From positions 1-53,794 of the forward strand of contig JBJKQF010000303.1 in NCBI GenBank assembly GCA_046705545.1: a stretch of 53,794 bases of DNA. The letters are read 5' to 3'. This stretch comes from Terriglobia bacterium (GTDB lineage Bacteria > Acidobacteriota > Terriglobia > UBA7540). The notes under the pieces are model-generated. The model saw only the letters and a list, made by a program, of their open reading frames with translations. It ran no database searches and was not told where the DNA came from. The translations under genes were made by a program, and so were the position numbers. Each line of letters starts with the position of its first letter. Position 1 is the first letter of the stretch. This document shows, piece after piece, positions 9,569-20,000 of the stretch.

Positions 9569-11278
9569 ATGGCACAGAGCATCGCAAAGCCCAAGGTTTA
9601 TGACGCGATTATTGTGGGGTCGGGAGCCGGCGGAGGCATGGCGGCTTACGTTCTGACGCAGGCGGGAGCAAAGTGCCTGATGCTGGAAGCTGGCGGCTGG
9701 TACGACACCGCCAAGCAATCCAAAATGTTCGAATGGTATTACCAGGCACCGCACCGTGGCGAGGTGGCGCAGCACACCACTTATAACTACTTCGACGCCG
9801 CGGTGGGCGGATTTACCGTTCCCGGAGAACCCTACCTTAATGCCCCTGGCTCGGACTGGTCGTGGTTCCGCTCGCGGATGCTGGGCGGGCGCACAAACCA
9901 TTGGGGGCGCGTCGCTCTGCGCATGGGCCCTTATGACTTTAAGCCCTACAGCCGAGACGGCAAAGGGTTCGACTGGCCCATTGCCTACCAGGATCTCGCT
10001 CCCTATTACGACAAGACCGAGGAATTGGTGGGAGTCTTCGGGACGGCCGAGCATCTGGAGAACGCCCCGGACGGGAAATTTCTTCCCGCGCCGAAACCGC
10101 GCTGCTACGAGCTGGTAATTCAGCAAGCCTGCCGGAAGCTCAACATTCCCTGCATCCCTTCTCGCCTGGCCATCATTACCCGCTCCATACATGGCCGGCC
10201 CGCTTGCCATTACTGCTCACAATGCGGCCGCTCCTGCGCAACCTCCTCGAACTTCTCTTCCCCCACGGTCCTGCTGCCGCCCGCCTTGAAAACCGGCAAC
10301 CTGGAAATTCGCTGTGACGCCATGGTGCGGGAGGTCCTGGTGGGGCGCGACGGCTTGGCCACCGGGGTCTCTTACATCAACAAAAAGACCCGCCAGGAAG
10401 TGCAGGTCCGGGGCAAGATTGTCATCTTGGCCGCCAGCAGCTGTGAAACGGCGAGGCTGCTCCTGAATTCGCGCAGCCCTCAGCACCCGGACGGCCTGGG
10501 AAACTCCGGCGGGATGGTGGGCCGCTACCTGATGGACACGCTGGGGGCTGACGGTACGGTGGGCTTTCTGCCGGTCCTGTCGGACCTTCCCCCGCACGAC
10601 GGCGACGGCACCGGAGGGTTCCATCTCTACATGCCCTGGTGGAATTACGAAAAACAGTTCAAGCACGAACTACCGTTCTCGCGCGGCTACCACATCGAAT
10701 TCAGCGGCGACCGCCGCCAGATGCCGGGCCCCGAGGTCTTCAAAGGCTCCGAGCGCTACTTGGGCGGGGGTTACGGGGCGGAGCTGAAACGCGGGTTGCG
10801 AAAAGCCTTCGGCTCCTTCGTCAGCTTTTCAGCCCGCGGCGAGATGATTCCCAACGACCAAAGCTACTGCGAGATTGACAAGAACGCTCTCGACGAGTGG
10901 GGAATCCCGGTGCTGAAGTTCCACTTCAAATGGAGCGAAGATGAAATTCAGATGGCCCGGCACGCCCGCGAAACTTTCCGGGAAATTATCGAGGCGGCGG
11001 GCGGAGAAGTGATCCAAACTTACGACGCCAGCCAAAACTGGGGAATCTATCCGGGAGGCGCAGTCATCCACGAAGTGGGCGCGGCCAGAATGGGCAACGA
11101 CCGCAGCACTTCGGCGCTGAATTCCTATTGCCAGGCATGGGACTGCAAGAACCTTTTTGTCACCGACGGCGCACCTTTTGTCAGCAACTCTAACAAGAAC
11201 CCGACATTGACGATCATGGCTTTGGCGTGGCGAACTTCAGAGCACGTAGTGGACCAGGTCAAAAAGCTGAATATCTGA
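9569..11278 (+). CDS. GMC-family FAD oxidoreductase, catalytic subunit (gluconate 2-dehydrogenase alpha-like)
   Basis: DAIIVGSGAGGG Rossmann motif. Cys-rich CHYCSQCGRSC segment. C-terminal HEVGAARMG active-site region. No signal peptide. Confidence 0.9.
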   Translation: MAQSIAKPKVYDAIIVGSGAGGGMAAYVLTQAGAKCLMLEAGGWYDTAKQSKMFEWYYQAPHRGEVAQHTTYNYFDAAVGGFTVPGEPYLNAPGSDWSWFRSRMLGGRTNHWGRVALRMGPYDFKPYSRDGKGFDWPIAYQDLAPYYDKTEELVGVFGTAEHLENAPDGKFLPAPKPRCYELVIQQACRKLNIPCIPSRLAIITRSIHGRPACHYCSQCGRSCATSSNFSSPTVLLPPALKTGNLEIRCDAMVREVLVGRDGLATGVSYINKKTRQEVQVRGKIVILAASSCETARLLLNSRSPQHPDGLGNSGGMVGRYLMDTLGADGTVGFLPVLSDLPPHDGDGTGGFHLYMPWWNYEKQFKHELPFSRGYHIEFSGDRRQMPGPEVFKGSERYLGGGYGAELKRGLRKAFGSFVSFSARGEMIPNDQSYCEIDKNALDEWGIPVLKFHFKWSEDEIQMARHARETFREIIEAAGGEVIQTYDASQNWGIYPGGAVIHEVGAARMGNDRSTSALNSYCQAWDCKNLFVTDGAPFVSNSNKNPTLTIMALAWRTSEHVVDQVKKLNI

Positions 11279-11354
11279 CACCGGGCACGATCTGTTAACG
11301 AGGGGGTCCGAAAGAATCGTGGGTCAAAAATCAAACAAAAGAGGCGAAGGCGCC

Positions 11355-11984
11355 ATGAAGCGCCGCGACGTACTGAGGTTTTTTTCCGCAGTACCGGCAG
11401 CCCTGATCCCCTTGGAAAGCGCCGTGGCGGCGCAGCGGAAAGCTGGCGGAAAAGCAGCGGCGCCGGCAGCGTCCGCCTACCGGCGGCAGACCTTTACCGA
11501 TCAGGAATGGGAAACCGTCAAGGTCTTGTGCGACCTGATAATCCCCGCAGACGAGCGGAGTGGTAGCGCCACCCAGGCCGGCGTACCCGAATACATCGAC
11601 GACATCCTCGCCTTTAAAGGCGGCAACTTGCAGGCGGAAATTCGCGGCGGCCTGATGTGGCTGGACCGCGAATGCAACCAGCGCTATGGCCGCGATTTCG
11701 TCCTCTGCGATCCCACCGGGCAAAAACAACTCCTCAACCGCATCGCCTACCCGGGAAAGGCGGCTCCGGAAGATTCCAACTACGTCGCCTTCTTCAACTC
11801 CATGCGCGACCTGGTTGTGGGAGGATTCTTCTCGAGCGAAATCGGCATTAAAGACCTGCCCTACCTCGGCAACAAAGTCGTGGCTCACTGGGAAGGCTGC
11901 CCGCCCGACGTTCTGGCCCGAATCGAGGAAAACCTCAAAGCCCGGCAGGTGGGACTGAGCCTCAGCGACCAGGAAAAAGCCTGA
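11355..11984 (+). CDS. gluconate 2-dehydrogenase subunit 3-like small subunit with Tat signal
   Basis: ATG at 11355 (the track start 11319 is GTG). Twin-arginine signal MKRRDVLRFFSAV. Lies directly downstream of the GMC gene. Confidence 0.8.
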   Translation: MKRRDVLRFFSAVPAALIPLESAVAAQRKAGGKAAAPAASAYRRQTFTDQEWETVKVLCDLIIPADERSGSATQAGVPEYIDDILAFKGGNLQAEIRGGLMWLDRECNQRYGRDFVLCDPTGQKQLLNRIAYPGKAAPEDSNYVAFFNSMRDLVVGGFFSSEIGIKDLPYLGNKVVAHWEGCPPDVLARIEENLKARQVGLSLSDQEKA

Positions 11985-12032
11985 AGAATCGAGTGGGGCA
12001 GACCGCCGAGCCGCTTCCTTCACAGCGCCCGT

Positions 12033-12728
12033 CTACACCCGCTTGAGCGATTGTTGATACGCCCGGCGGAGTTCCCCAACGTAATGGTCCGCTTCCCGCG
12101 TCGGCTTGGGAATGCGGTATCCGTCAAGACACTTGCGAACCAACTTCACGGCGGTCCCAAGCGACACTCGATGCCCTTGGGTCACGTAAATCGGCCTGAC
12201 TCGGTCACGCGTCCGCAAGACCATTCCCACACGCTCGCTGTGGAAATAGAGCGGCGCGGCGGATCCAGCCTCCAAACCCGGCTTAGCGTGTTCCCCGACC
12301 AGCAGTGATTTCGCGCAGCCGATCGCCGGCTTGTCAAAGAGCACTCCCAAGTGGCACGCCAAGCCAAACAGACGCGGGTGCGCGCGTCCATGCCCATCAA
12401 CCAGAATCAGATCAGGAGCGGTCTTGAGACGCGCAAAGGCCGCCAGCAGGATGGGAGCTTCCCGGAAGGAAAGCAGGCCCGGCACGTAAGGGAAACGCAG
12501 CTTCCGGCGCGCCATGCGACGTTCGATTTCTCGAAGCTCCGGAAAGCTGTAAACGATGACGCCGCCGAACGCCACTTCCGTTTCCGGATCAAAGGCCATG
12601 TCCGCGCCGGCTACGTACTGAATGCGCCCGAGGCGGTCGGATAGATTCACCTGGTCGCGCAGCCGTTCCTGGAGCCGGATGGCCTGGCGCGGCGTGAGGC
12701 TCCAACGGCTGCGAAACCTGGGGACCAT
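12033..12728 (-). CDS. nfi: endonuclease V (deoxyinosine 3' endonuclease)
   Basis: Full-length family pattern: AGADMAF, PYVPGLLSFRE, VDGHGRAHPRLFGLACHLGV. Confidence 0.9.
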   Translation of the reverse strand: MVPRFRSRWSLTPRQAIRLQERLRDQVNLSDRLGRIQYVAGADMAFDPETEVAFGGVIVYSFPELREIERRMARRKLRFPYVPGLLSFREAPILLAAFARLKTAPDLILVDGHGRAHPRLFGLACHLGVLFDKPAIGCAKSLLVGEHAKPGLEAGSAAPLYFHSERVGMVLRTRDRVRPIYVTQGHRVSLGTAVKLVRKCLDGYRIPKPTREADHYVGELRRAYQQSLKRV

Positions 12729-12842
12729 GTGCTTCCGCTTTCTCAGGGGAAATCAGTTTACGCCCGGTCCGCACGGGCTCTTGGGGAGACGTTCCGAGGC
12801 TTCAACTTGGCGACCAGGGGACGCGGGAGTGCCGGAGGATCT

Positions 12843-13517
12843 CTATTGGGACTGGATAATTCCTCTTTTCACCGCGTAGAGCACCAGCTCCGCCGTTCGG
12901 TGCAAGCCCAGCGTATCCATCAAGCGCGCGCGGTGAACAGCCACCGTATTGATACTGATTTCCAATAAGGTAGCGATTTCCTTATTCGATTTCCCCTGCG
13001 CGATGAGTTGGAGGACTTCTTTCTCACGAAGAGTGAGCCGCTCATATGGGTCCTGCTTGGGGTCTTGGATGCTCCCTGTCTTCAGGCCTTCCAGGACCAG
13101 GTTGGAAATGGCCGGGCTCATAAATGCTCCACCCTGCGCCACCGCAACCACCGCCTGCGGCAAATCGATTTCAATGGCGTCCTTCAAGATGTAGCCTTTG
13201 GCGCCCACTTCAATGGCTTTGCGCACGTAGGCAGGATTAGAGTACATGCTAAGAATCAAAATCTTGGCGTCCGGGTTGGCCTTGAGGATTTCCGCCATCG
13301 CCTCCAGGCCCCCAATCTCGGGCATCAGCAGGTCCATCACCACCACGTCCGGCTTGATCGCCCCACATTGCTCAATGGCGGCAAGGCCCGTACTGGCCTC
13401 GCCCACAACCTCGATGCGAGGATCGTCCTCGAGCAACCGGCGAAAACCCTGGCGGACCAGCGTGTGATCCTCAGCCAAAAACACACGAATCTTCTTTCCC
13501 GAATTGTCGGCTGGCAT
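12843..13517 (-). CDS. NarL/LuxR-family response regulator
   Basis: REC domain (VFLAEDH..., VVMDLLMP). C-terminal LuxR HTH (LTLREKEVLQLIAQGKSNKEIA). The ATG lies 3 nt after the kinase stop. Confidence 0.92.
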   Translation of the reverse strand: MPADNSGKKIRVFLAEDHTLVRQGFRRLLEDDPRIEVVGEASTGLAAIEQCGAIKPDVVVMDLLMPEIGGLEAMAEILKANPDAKILILSMYSNPAYVRKAIEVGAKGYILKDAIEIDLPQAVVAVAQGGAFMSPAISNLVLEGLKTGSIQDPKQDPYERLTLREKEVLQLIAQGKSNKEIATLLEISINTVAVHRARLMDTLGLHRTAELVLYAVKRGIIQSQ

Positions 13518-13520
13518 CTG

Positions 13521-14939
13521 TTATCCCACCCTTTCAGCCACAGCAGGACTGGCGGCTCTTTTCAATGGTATGTGAACGCGGATGATTGTACCTTTCCCTG
13601 GCGCGGATTGTATCACAAGCTTGCCGTTCAAGTGTTCGGTCCGTTCCCGCATACCCATCAGACCGATGCCATCCCCCGGCGAGCGGCCCGAGGGCGGGCT
13701 GACTTCAAAACCCACTCCATTATCCCGGATTTCCAGGCCCAGGCCGCCCGGGCGCTCTTCCAATTGGACCCATGCCTCCGTAGCTTTGGAATGGCGCGCC
13801 ACATTATTGAGAGCCTCCTGGACAATCCGATAAACATGGATGGCCCCCTCGGCGGGGAAACAATCATTGGGCAGATTGCCGCTAAAGTGCACCTCGATTC
13901 CCGCTTGGCGGGAAAACTGCCGGGCAAACCACTCAAGCGTCTGGTCAAGCCCGAAATCGTCCAGGACCCCGGGCCGGAACATTTGTGACTGGTCCCGAAC
14001 TTTGCTCAAAGTGTCTTCTACAATCGTCTTGATGTTTTCAAGGTCCTCAGTAAAGACCGGATCGGGTTGTTTCACCCTTCGGCCGGCGCGATTGAGCATG
14101 ACGCCGATTGCGGTGAGGATCTGGCCGAATTCATCGTGCAAGTCACGCGCCACCTGCCTCAGAGTTTCCTCCTGGACGTCAATCAGCTTCCAGGAAAGCT
14201 TCCGCAACTGTCCCGATTGGTCATGGAGTTGTTCGGCTAAATGCTGGAGTTTCGCAAAGGTCTTGCGGTTAGCTTGGAAAGTGTAAAGCCCCGTACCCAA
14301 AGCCAGCAGCAACAAGACAGCCGTCAGCCAAAAGATGTCCGTCTTAACGTCTTCATAGGTGGTATGGATGCGCCGGGCGGCATCCGCCTGTTCCTGGTCG
14401 TTCAACACCAGGAGGCGCGCTACGATCTCTGAGATGATTGCCCGCTTGCTCTCCAGTTCGGTTTCAATCAGAGCCCGGGCCTGAGCGCTTCGGCTTTGCC
14501 GGGCCAAGGCAAAAACTTTGTCCGCGGTTTGGCCGAAGCTGGCCAGCGCGCCGCGCAACTGGAGTCGTTTGTCGTGGCTGGCCACCGTGTCGACCGCGTA
14601 GCGGCTTTCCAGCATCGCGGCGTTCTCCATGTCTTTCCGCAGACGCGTGACCTCCGGCTCCCAGTCACGAATCGGATATCGGCTCTTGGAAAGCTCCAGG
14701 TCCCGCAAGGAAATCGCCAACCCGTAAACATCGTTCTGAAGCCGTGAAAGCTGCAGAGCATCCTTGCGGTTCCTCTGGACCACGTTCACCTGGAAGTCTT
14801 CAAGCCAGCGGATCTGCTGGCTGCTGTAAACGACAAAAACCAGGAAAATGGAGAGAATGATGCAAAGACCAATCCACAGGCGAGTCGAGGGAGAGGGAAT
14901 TTCCCGCAGCTGGTCGTGTTGGGACTCAGAACCGCTCAT
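13521..14939 (-). CDS. sensor histidine kinase (HisKA_3 / NarX-like) with periplasmic helical sensor domain
   Basis: Two TM segments flank an approximately 170-aa helical domain. H-box LHDEFGQILTAI. ATPase motifs NNVARHS, DNGVGF, GIGLMGMRER. Confidence 0.9.
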   Translation of the reverse strand: MSGSESQHDQLREIPSPSTRLWIGLCIILSIFLVFVVYSSQQIRWLEDFQVNVVQRNRKDALQLSRLQNDVYGLAISLRDLELSKSRYPIRDWEPEVTRLRKDMENAAMLESRYAVDTVASHDKRLQLRGALASFGQTADKVFALARQSRSAQARALIETELESKRAIISEIVARLLVLNDQEQADAARRIHTTYEDVKTDIFWLTAVLLLLALGTGLYTFQANRKTFAKLQHLAEQLHDQSGQLRKLSWKLIDVQEETLRQVARDLHDEFGQILTAIGVMLNRAGRRVKQPDPVFTEDLENIKTIVEDTLSKVRDQSQMFRPGVLDDFGLDQTLEWFARQFSRQAGIEVHFSGNLPNDCFPAEGAIHVYRIVQEALNNVARHSKATEAWVQLEERPGGLGLEIRDNGVGFEVSPPSGRSPGDGIGLMGMRERTEHLNGKLVIQSAPGKGTIIRVHIPLKRAASPAVAERVG

Positions 14940-14942
14940 GAC

Positions 14943-16691
14943 TTAGGTGGAACGCTTAAAGGGAATATCGTCAATAATGCCTTTGCCTTCCTTGATCACG
15001 TAGGTACGCCCTGCCTGCAACCTTCCCAGTTCCTGCTTCAGCCCGCTGGGCCACTCCAAGATGGCTTTCTCGATATATTGATAGGGACCCAGCCCGAATG
15101 TGACCCGGTGGTCCGAGCAGGATAGGTAGCTGGAGCCGCTTTTCACGGTCAGCCATCGCTGTCCCTGCGGCGCCCAGACGTGAACGTTGGTGCCAATGCC
15201 ATCCCGGTTGGAGCGGTCGCCAATCGTCGCGAACCTGATGCTGTGATTGGAGGACCGATCGTTTCGGTACAGATAGGCCGGCCCGTTGTTGGTAGTCATG
15301 AGCACGTCCAGGTCCCCATCGTTGTCAAAGTCCCCATAAGCGGCACCCCGGGCTACCTTCGGCTGGTCAAACGACTTCCCTACAAGCGTGCTGATATCAC
15401 GGAACTTACCATGCCCTTCATTATGAAACAAGCGAGGCGGCTCTGCATAGGTGATACTCGCCTCAACGTGGCTGATGGTGGCATCGATGTGGCCGTTGGC
15501 CACCAGCAGATCGAGCATGCTGTCCAAGTCAAAGTCGAAGAAGAAACATCCAAAGCCCAGCGTCATGCGGGTGGACTGGCCGATGGCGTTCTCCGGCGCC
15601 TCGTCGATAAAGAACCCGTGGCCCTCGTTCCGGTATAGGCCCACCATCTGCTGGGAAAAGTTCGTCACTACCAGGCTGGGCAGGCCGGAGTTGTCGTAAT
15701 CGGCGGCGTCCGCCCCCATGCCGGCCCGGGCCACGCCATCCTCGCTAAAGGCCACTCCCGCTGAAACCGCCACCTCCGTAAAGGTGCCATTGTGGTTGTT
15801 GTGATAAAGCTTGTTGGGCTGGGTATCGTTGGCGATGAACACGTCCGGCCAGCCATCCAGATCGTAATCGATCATCGTGACGCCCAGTGATTTGGACGTC
15901 GGATCGTATAAGCCCGACTTCCCGGTGACGTCTTCAAATGTTCCGTTACCACGGTTGTGAAACAGCCAGCAGGTGGTTCCGGGGTAGGCTTCCGGCGTGC
16001 AATAAGACTTGGTCTTGCCATCCAGGCTGCAAAAAATGTCCGATTCCGGCGACCACTTGACGTAGTTGGCCACCAGCAGGTCCAGGTGGCCGTCCCGGTC
16101 ATAATCGAACCATAAGGCCGAGGTGCTGAGGCTTGAGTAGCCGGACAATCCGGCTGAGCGCGTCACGTCGGTAAACGTGCCGTTGGCGTTGTTGTGGAAC
16201 AGGTGGTTCTGGCCGTAAGTGGTAATGTAAACATCATCAAACCCGTCGTTGTCATAGTCCCCAATCGCCACCCCAATGCCATACATCTCCACGTCCAGGC
16301 CGGCAGCGCGGGTGACATCGGCAAACGTCCCGTTGCGATTATTGCGGTAAAGCTTCATGGTTGTGCGGGCCTTATGGTGGTCCGGCCAGTCCATGCCGTT
16401 GATCAGCAGAATGTCAAGCCAACCATCGTTGTCATAATCGAAGAAGGCGCAGCCGGAGCCGAGCGTCTCCGGCAAGTACTTTTTGCCAAAAGCTCCGCTG
16501 TTATGTTCAAACAGGATCCCAGCTTGGCGGGTAACATCGACTAATTGATCAGGAAAGGGCTGGGTTGCAGCATGAGGGGTGAAAAGTCGGGACAAGCTTT
16601 TGCGGGCGCTCTGCGACTCATACAGCAGTCCCCCAGCGCCGCCAGCGGCTGCAAGACCTGCGAGCAGCTTGAGTAAATTCCGACGTTCCAT
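14943..16691 (-). CDS. CRTAC1 family protein (FG-GAP/VCBS repeats plus ASPIC/UnbV-like C-terminus), Tat signal
   Basis: ATG at 16691, with a GTG one codon upstream at 16694. Tat motif ERRNLLKLLAG. Repeated DYDNDG(W/F)xD and NNxNGTFxDVT units. Confidence 0.85.
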   Translation of the reverse strand: MERRNLLKLLAGLAAAGGAGGLLYESQSARKSLSRLFTPHAATQPFPDQLVDVTRQAGILFEHNSGAFGKKYLPETLGSGCAFFDYDNDGWLDILLINGMDWPDHHKARTTMKLYRNNRNGTFADVTRAAGLDVEMYGIGVAIGDYDNDGFDDVYITTYGQNHLFHNNANGTFTDVTRSAGLSGYSSLSTSALWFDYDRDGHLDLLVANYVKWSPESDIFCSLDGKTKSYCTPEAYPGTTCWLFHNRGNGTFEDVTGKSGLYDPTSKSLGVTMIDYDLDGWPDVFIANDTQPNKLYHNNHNGTFTEVAVSAGVAFSEDGVARAGMGADAADYDNSGLPSLVVTNFSQQMVGLYRNEGHGFFIDEAPENAIGQSTRMTLGFGCFFFDFDLDSMLDLLVANGHIDATISHVEASITYAEPPRLFHNEGHGKFRDISTLVGKSFDQPKVARGAAYGDFDNDGDLDVLMTTNNGPAYLYRNDRSSNHSIRFATIGDRSNRDGIGTNVHVWAPQGQRWLTVKSGSSYLSCSDHRVTFGLGPYQYIEKAILEWPSGLKQELGRLQAGRTYVIKEGKGIIDDIPFKRST

Positions 16692-16694
16692 CAC

Positions 16695-17056
16695 CCGGCC
16701 GACTCGAGCCCAACCTCCCGTGGTTCAAAAATAGCCGTCCCCAGCCATGGGAGCAAGACAATTCGGCTACCTAAGCCTTTTATATTCTTCCCATACTTGA
16801 AAATTTCGGCATAAATAATGCTTTTTAATTACACGCCTGATTCGCTTTTATCTCGCCGTTGAAGCTTCGACTGGGTTAGGCATCTGTTTTCAACAAACCA
16901 AGCAGATTGGGGAGTAAGTTAGTAGAAAAAAAATCCCCGACTAATATAAAAAAATCATAAGTTCACACAAAACGGGGTTGAAATTGTCGACCGCTATCCG
17001 ATAAGGTTGTGGCTCTCGCGTCGGGCTTGGGTAGTTGGGGGCAACTCGAAAAAAAG
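16695..17056. promoter_or_regulatory. AT-rich divergent control region between CRTAC1-TCS operon and cytochrome-TPR operon
   Basis: 362 bp with no ORF, and visibly the most AT-rich stretch of the window. A8 at 16926..16933 and A7 at 16948..16954. TTGAAA hexamers at 16797 and 16978. The second hexamer has a 16-nt spacer to GATAAG (17000..17005), a candidate plus-strand promoter. Confidence 0.45.
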
Positions 17057-20000
17057 ATGGCGGACAAGGCTAAGGACGTCCAAAAACGTCGGCGAATCGG
17101 CACGATTCTTTTGCTCCTCATATTGGCCCTGGCGCTCAACAGCGCCTATCTGGCGGCCTACTCCACACCAGATCTCTTCTACGTCATCAACGCGCTCTTG
17201 CATCCTGTTGCGGGCGTGCTGGCTGCCATCCTGCTGGTCGTTTACTTAAAGCGCCACAGAGACTATCTTGCAAGCCTCTCCGGACGCCTTTCCGTGGCGC
17301 TTTTAGGCTTGGCGGCAGGTTTTGGCATCTACCTCATCTTTGTCGGGATGACGCAGCGCCATAACTTGGCGCTCTACATCCACGTGGGGTGCTCCCTTGG
17401 CGGCCTTTTCTTCCTGCTGGTTCGCCTGCGCACTTGGCTGCGCGACCACAACGTCCTAATCTTCTCCCGTCCCGCCTGGCAAATGGCCGGCGTCGGCTTT
17501 GTGGGAGCGCTGGTATTCTACGGCGGAGCAGCGCTTTACCATCACTACGACCCCAATCCTGAGTACATTATCAAGAATCCCCTGACAGCCCCCACCAGCA
17601 TGTACAAGGAAGGCGGCGGAAAAAACAGCTTGATGTTTCCAAGCTCAGCCCAAACGGCCAACAAGGGAACCATACCTCGGGAATTTTTCCTGAATTCCAA
17701 AAGTTGCGAACCGTGCCACAAGGACATTTACGACCAGTGGTCACACTCGATGCACCATTTTTCTTCTTTCAACAACCAATGGTATCGCAAGGCCATTGAG
17801 TACATGCAGGACACGGTGGGCATCAAGCCTTCGATGTGGTGTGCGGGCTGCCATGACCACGCTCTGGCGTTCACCGACATGATGCAAAAATATCCCATCC
17901 GGAAGATTGAGTTCACTCCGGAGGGCCAGGCAGGCCTGGGCTGCATGTCCTGTCATGCCATCCAGCGCGTCACCAGCACCATGGGGAATGGCAGCTATAT
18001 CATGAAGTACCCTCCCCTCGACCGGTACGTTTCCAGCAAGAATCCGATCCTGCGCGACCTCAGCTATTATGCGATCCTTCTGAATCCCAAGCCGCACCGC
18101 CAAGCCTTTTTCAAGCCGTTTCTGGCCAACCATCATGAGCAGGCAAGATTCTGCTCAGCCTGCCACAAGGTACATCTGGATGTTCCCGTCAACCACTATC
18201 GCTGGATTCGCGGTTTCGACGACTACGACCATTGGCAGGCCAGCGGCGTTTCCGGCCACAGTGCAAGATCCTTTTACTACCCTCCCAAACCTTTAAATTG
18301 CGTGAACTGCCACATGCCGCTGGTGAAATCCCATGATTACGGCAACATCAACGGCTACGTCAATTCACACCGCTTTGTGGCGGCGAATACGGCCGTGCCC
18401 ACCTCCCACGGCGACACCTCGCAAGTCAAGGACGTCAAAGAATTCCTGAAAGACGCGGTCACGGTCGATCTATTTGCCATCGCCGCTGAACCCACGGGCA
18501 AGTCGGAGCGTCCCATTTCGTCGGGACTGCTGGGAGGAGCCCCGCAGACCTCCACGATGTTTGCGGTCGGCGAGGAATCGGCTCGCGGCTTGGAGTCGCA
18601 GGAAGTCACGGCCGTGCCCCCCGCCAAGCTGATGGCGCCGCTCAACCGCGGCACCGCCTACCTGCGCCGCGGAGAGACGGCGCGGGTTGAGGTCGTGGTG
18701 CGCACCCGGAAAGTGGGGCACTTCTTCCCGGGGGGAACCGTAGACGCCTTCGACTGCTGGGTGGAACTGAAGGGAGTGGATGACAAGGGACACACAGTCT
18801 TCTGGAGCGGCGAAGTAGCCGACAACGGCAAAGGGCCGGTGGATCCCGGCGCCCATTTCTACCGCTCTTACTCGCTTGACGAGCAGGGTAACTGGATCAA
18901 CAAGCGCAACGCCTGGGCGGCGCATGCCACCGTCTACGTGCACTTGATTCCTCCGGGCGCAGCGGACACCGTGCATTTCCGGATCAAAGTGCCCAAAGAC
19001 TGCGGCGACAAGATCACCTTCACGGCCAAGCTCAATTACCGCAAGTTTGACTGGTGGAACACCCAATGGGCGTTCGCGGGCCGCCGCGATCCGTATCAGA
19101 AGGACCGGCGGACCACGCTTGATTACGACAACACCGAGTGGCTCTTCAACGGCAACTTGTCCAACGTATCGGCCAAGGTCAAAGAGATTCCCAACGTTCC
19201 CATCGTCGTCATGTCTAAAGACATCGCGACCGTGCCGGTTCGGGCGGCTTCCGATCAGCCATTCCAGCAGGACATCAAGCTGCTGCCCGACGATGTGTAC
19301 CGCTGGAACGATTACGGCATCGGACTGCTGCTCCAGGGCGATCTGAAGGGAGCGGCGCGCGCCTTTAAAATCGTCACCAAGATCAATCCCAAGTATGCCG
19401 ACGGGTGGGTGAACGTGGCCCGCGCACTCGTTCAGGAAGGCAACGTTGACCAGGCGATTCCTTACCTCAAGACGGCCATCGGGCTGAACCCCGAGCTCGC
19501 CAGCGCCCATTACTTTATGGGGCTGGTTTATGAGACCAAGGGCAAATATCCGCAGGCGTACGACCAGTTCGCCAAGGCAGCCGCCAACCACCCCGTGGAT
19601 CGTGTGGTGAGCAACGCCATGGGCCGCATTCGTTTCCTGGAGCGAAAGTACGCGGAAGCGGTCAAGCAATTCCAGCACACGCTCAGCATCGATCCGGAGA
19701 ACTTGGCGGCGCATTACAACCTGATGCTCTGCTATCGCGGACTTCAGAAGAACAAAGAATCCGACCACGAAGAGAAGTTGTATCTGCGCTTCAAGGCTAA
19801 TGAAATTGCCCGCGCCATCACAGGGCCTTTCAAACGAGACAATCCGGATGAAAACAATGCCTCGCAGCCTATTCACGAGCACGTTTCCATCAGCGATGAA
19901 AACCCCACGCGGCTGAAGTTCTACTGGAATTACGGCCAGCGATGGGAGTGGTTGCCAGGCAAGCTGGGACAGGAACAGCTGGTCGCTCTGAAGCGTTACA

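Noticed and set aside
13008-13988. 326-aa plus-strand ORF spanning the RR/HK junction. The same applies to similar shadow ORFs at 47413..48384, 45024..45626, 41166..41918, 28575..29312, 22194..22865, 9503..10210 and 11331..12023.
   Set aside because: All lie antisense to genes with unambiguous family motifs, and none has motifs of its own. Their length is explained by GC-rich codon bias.
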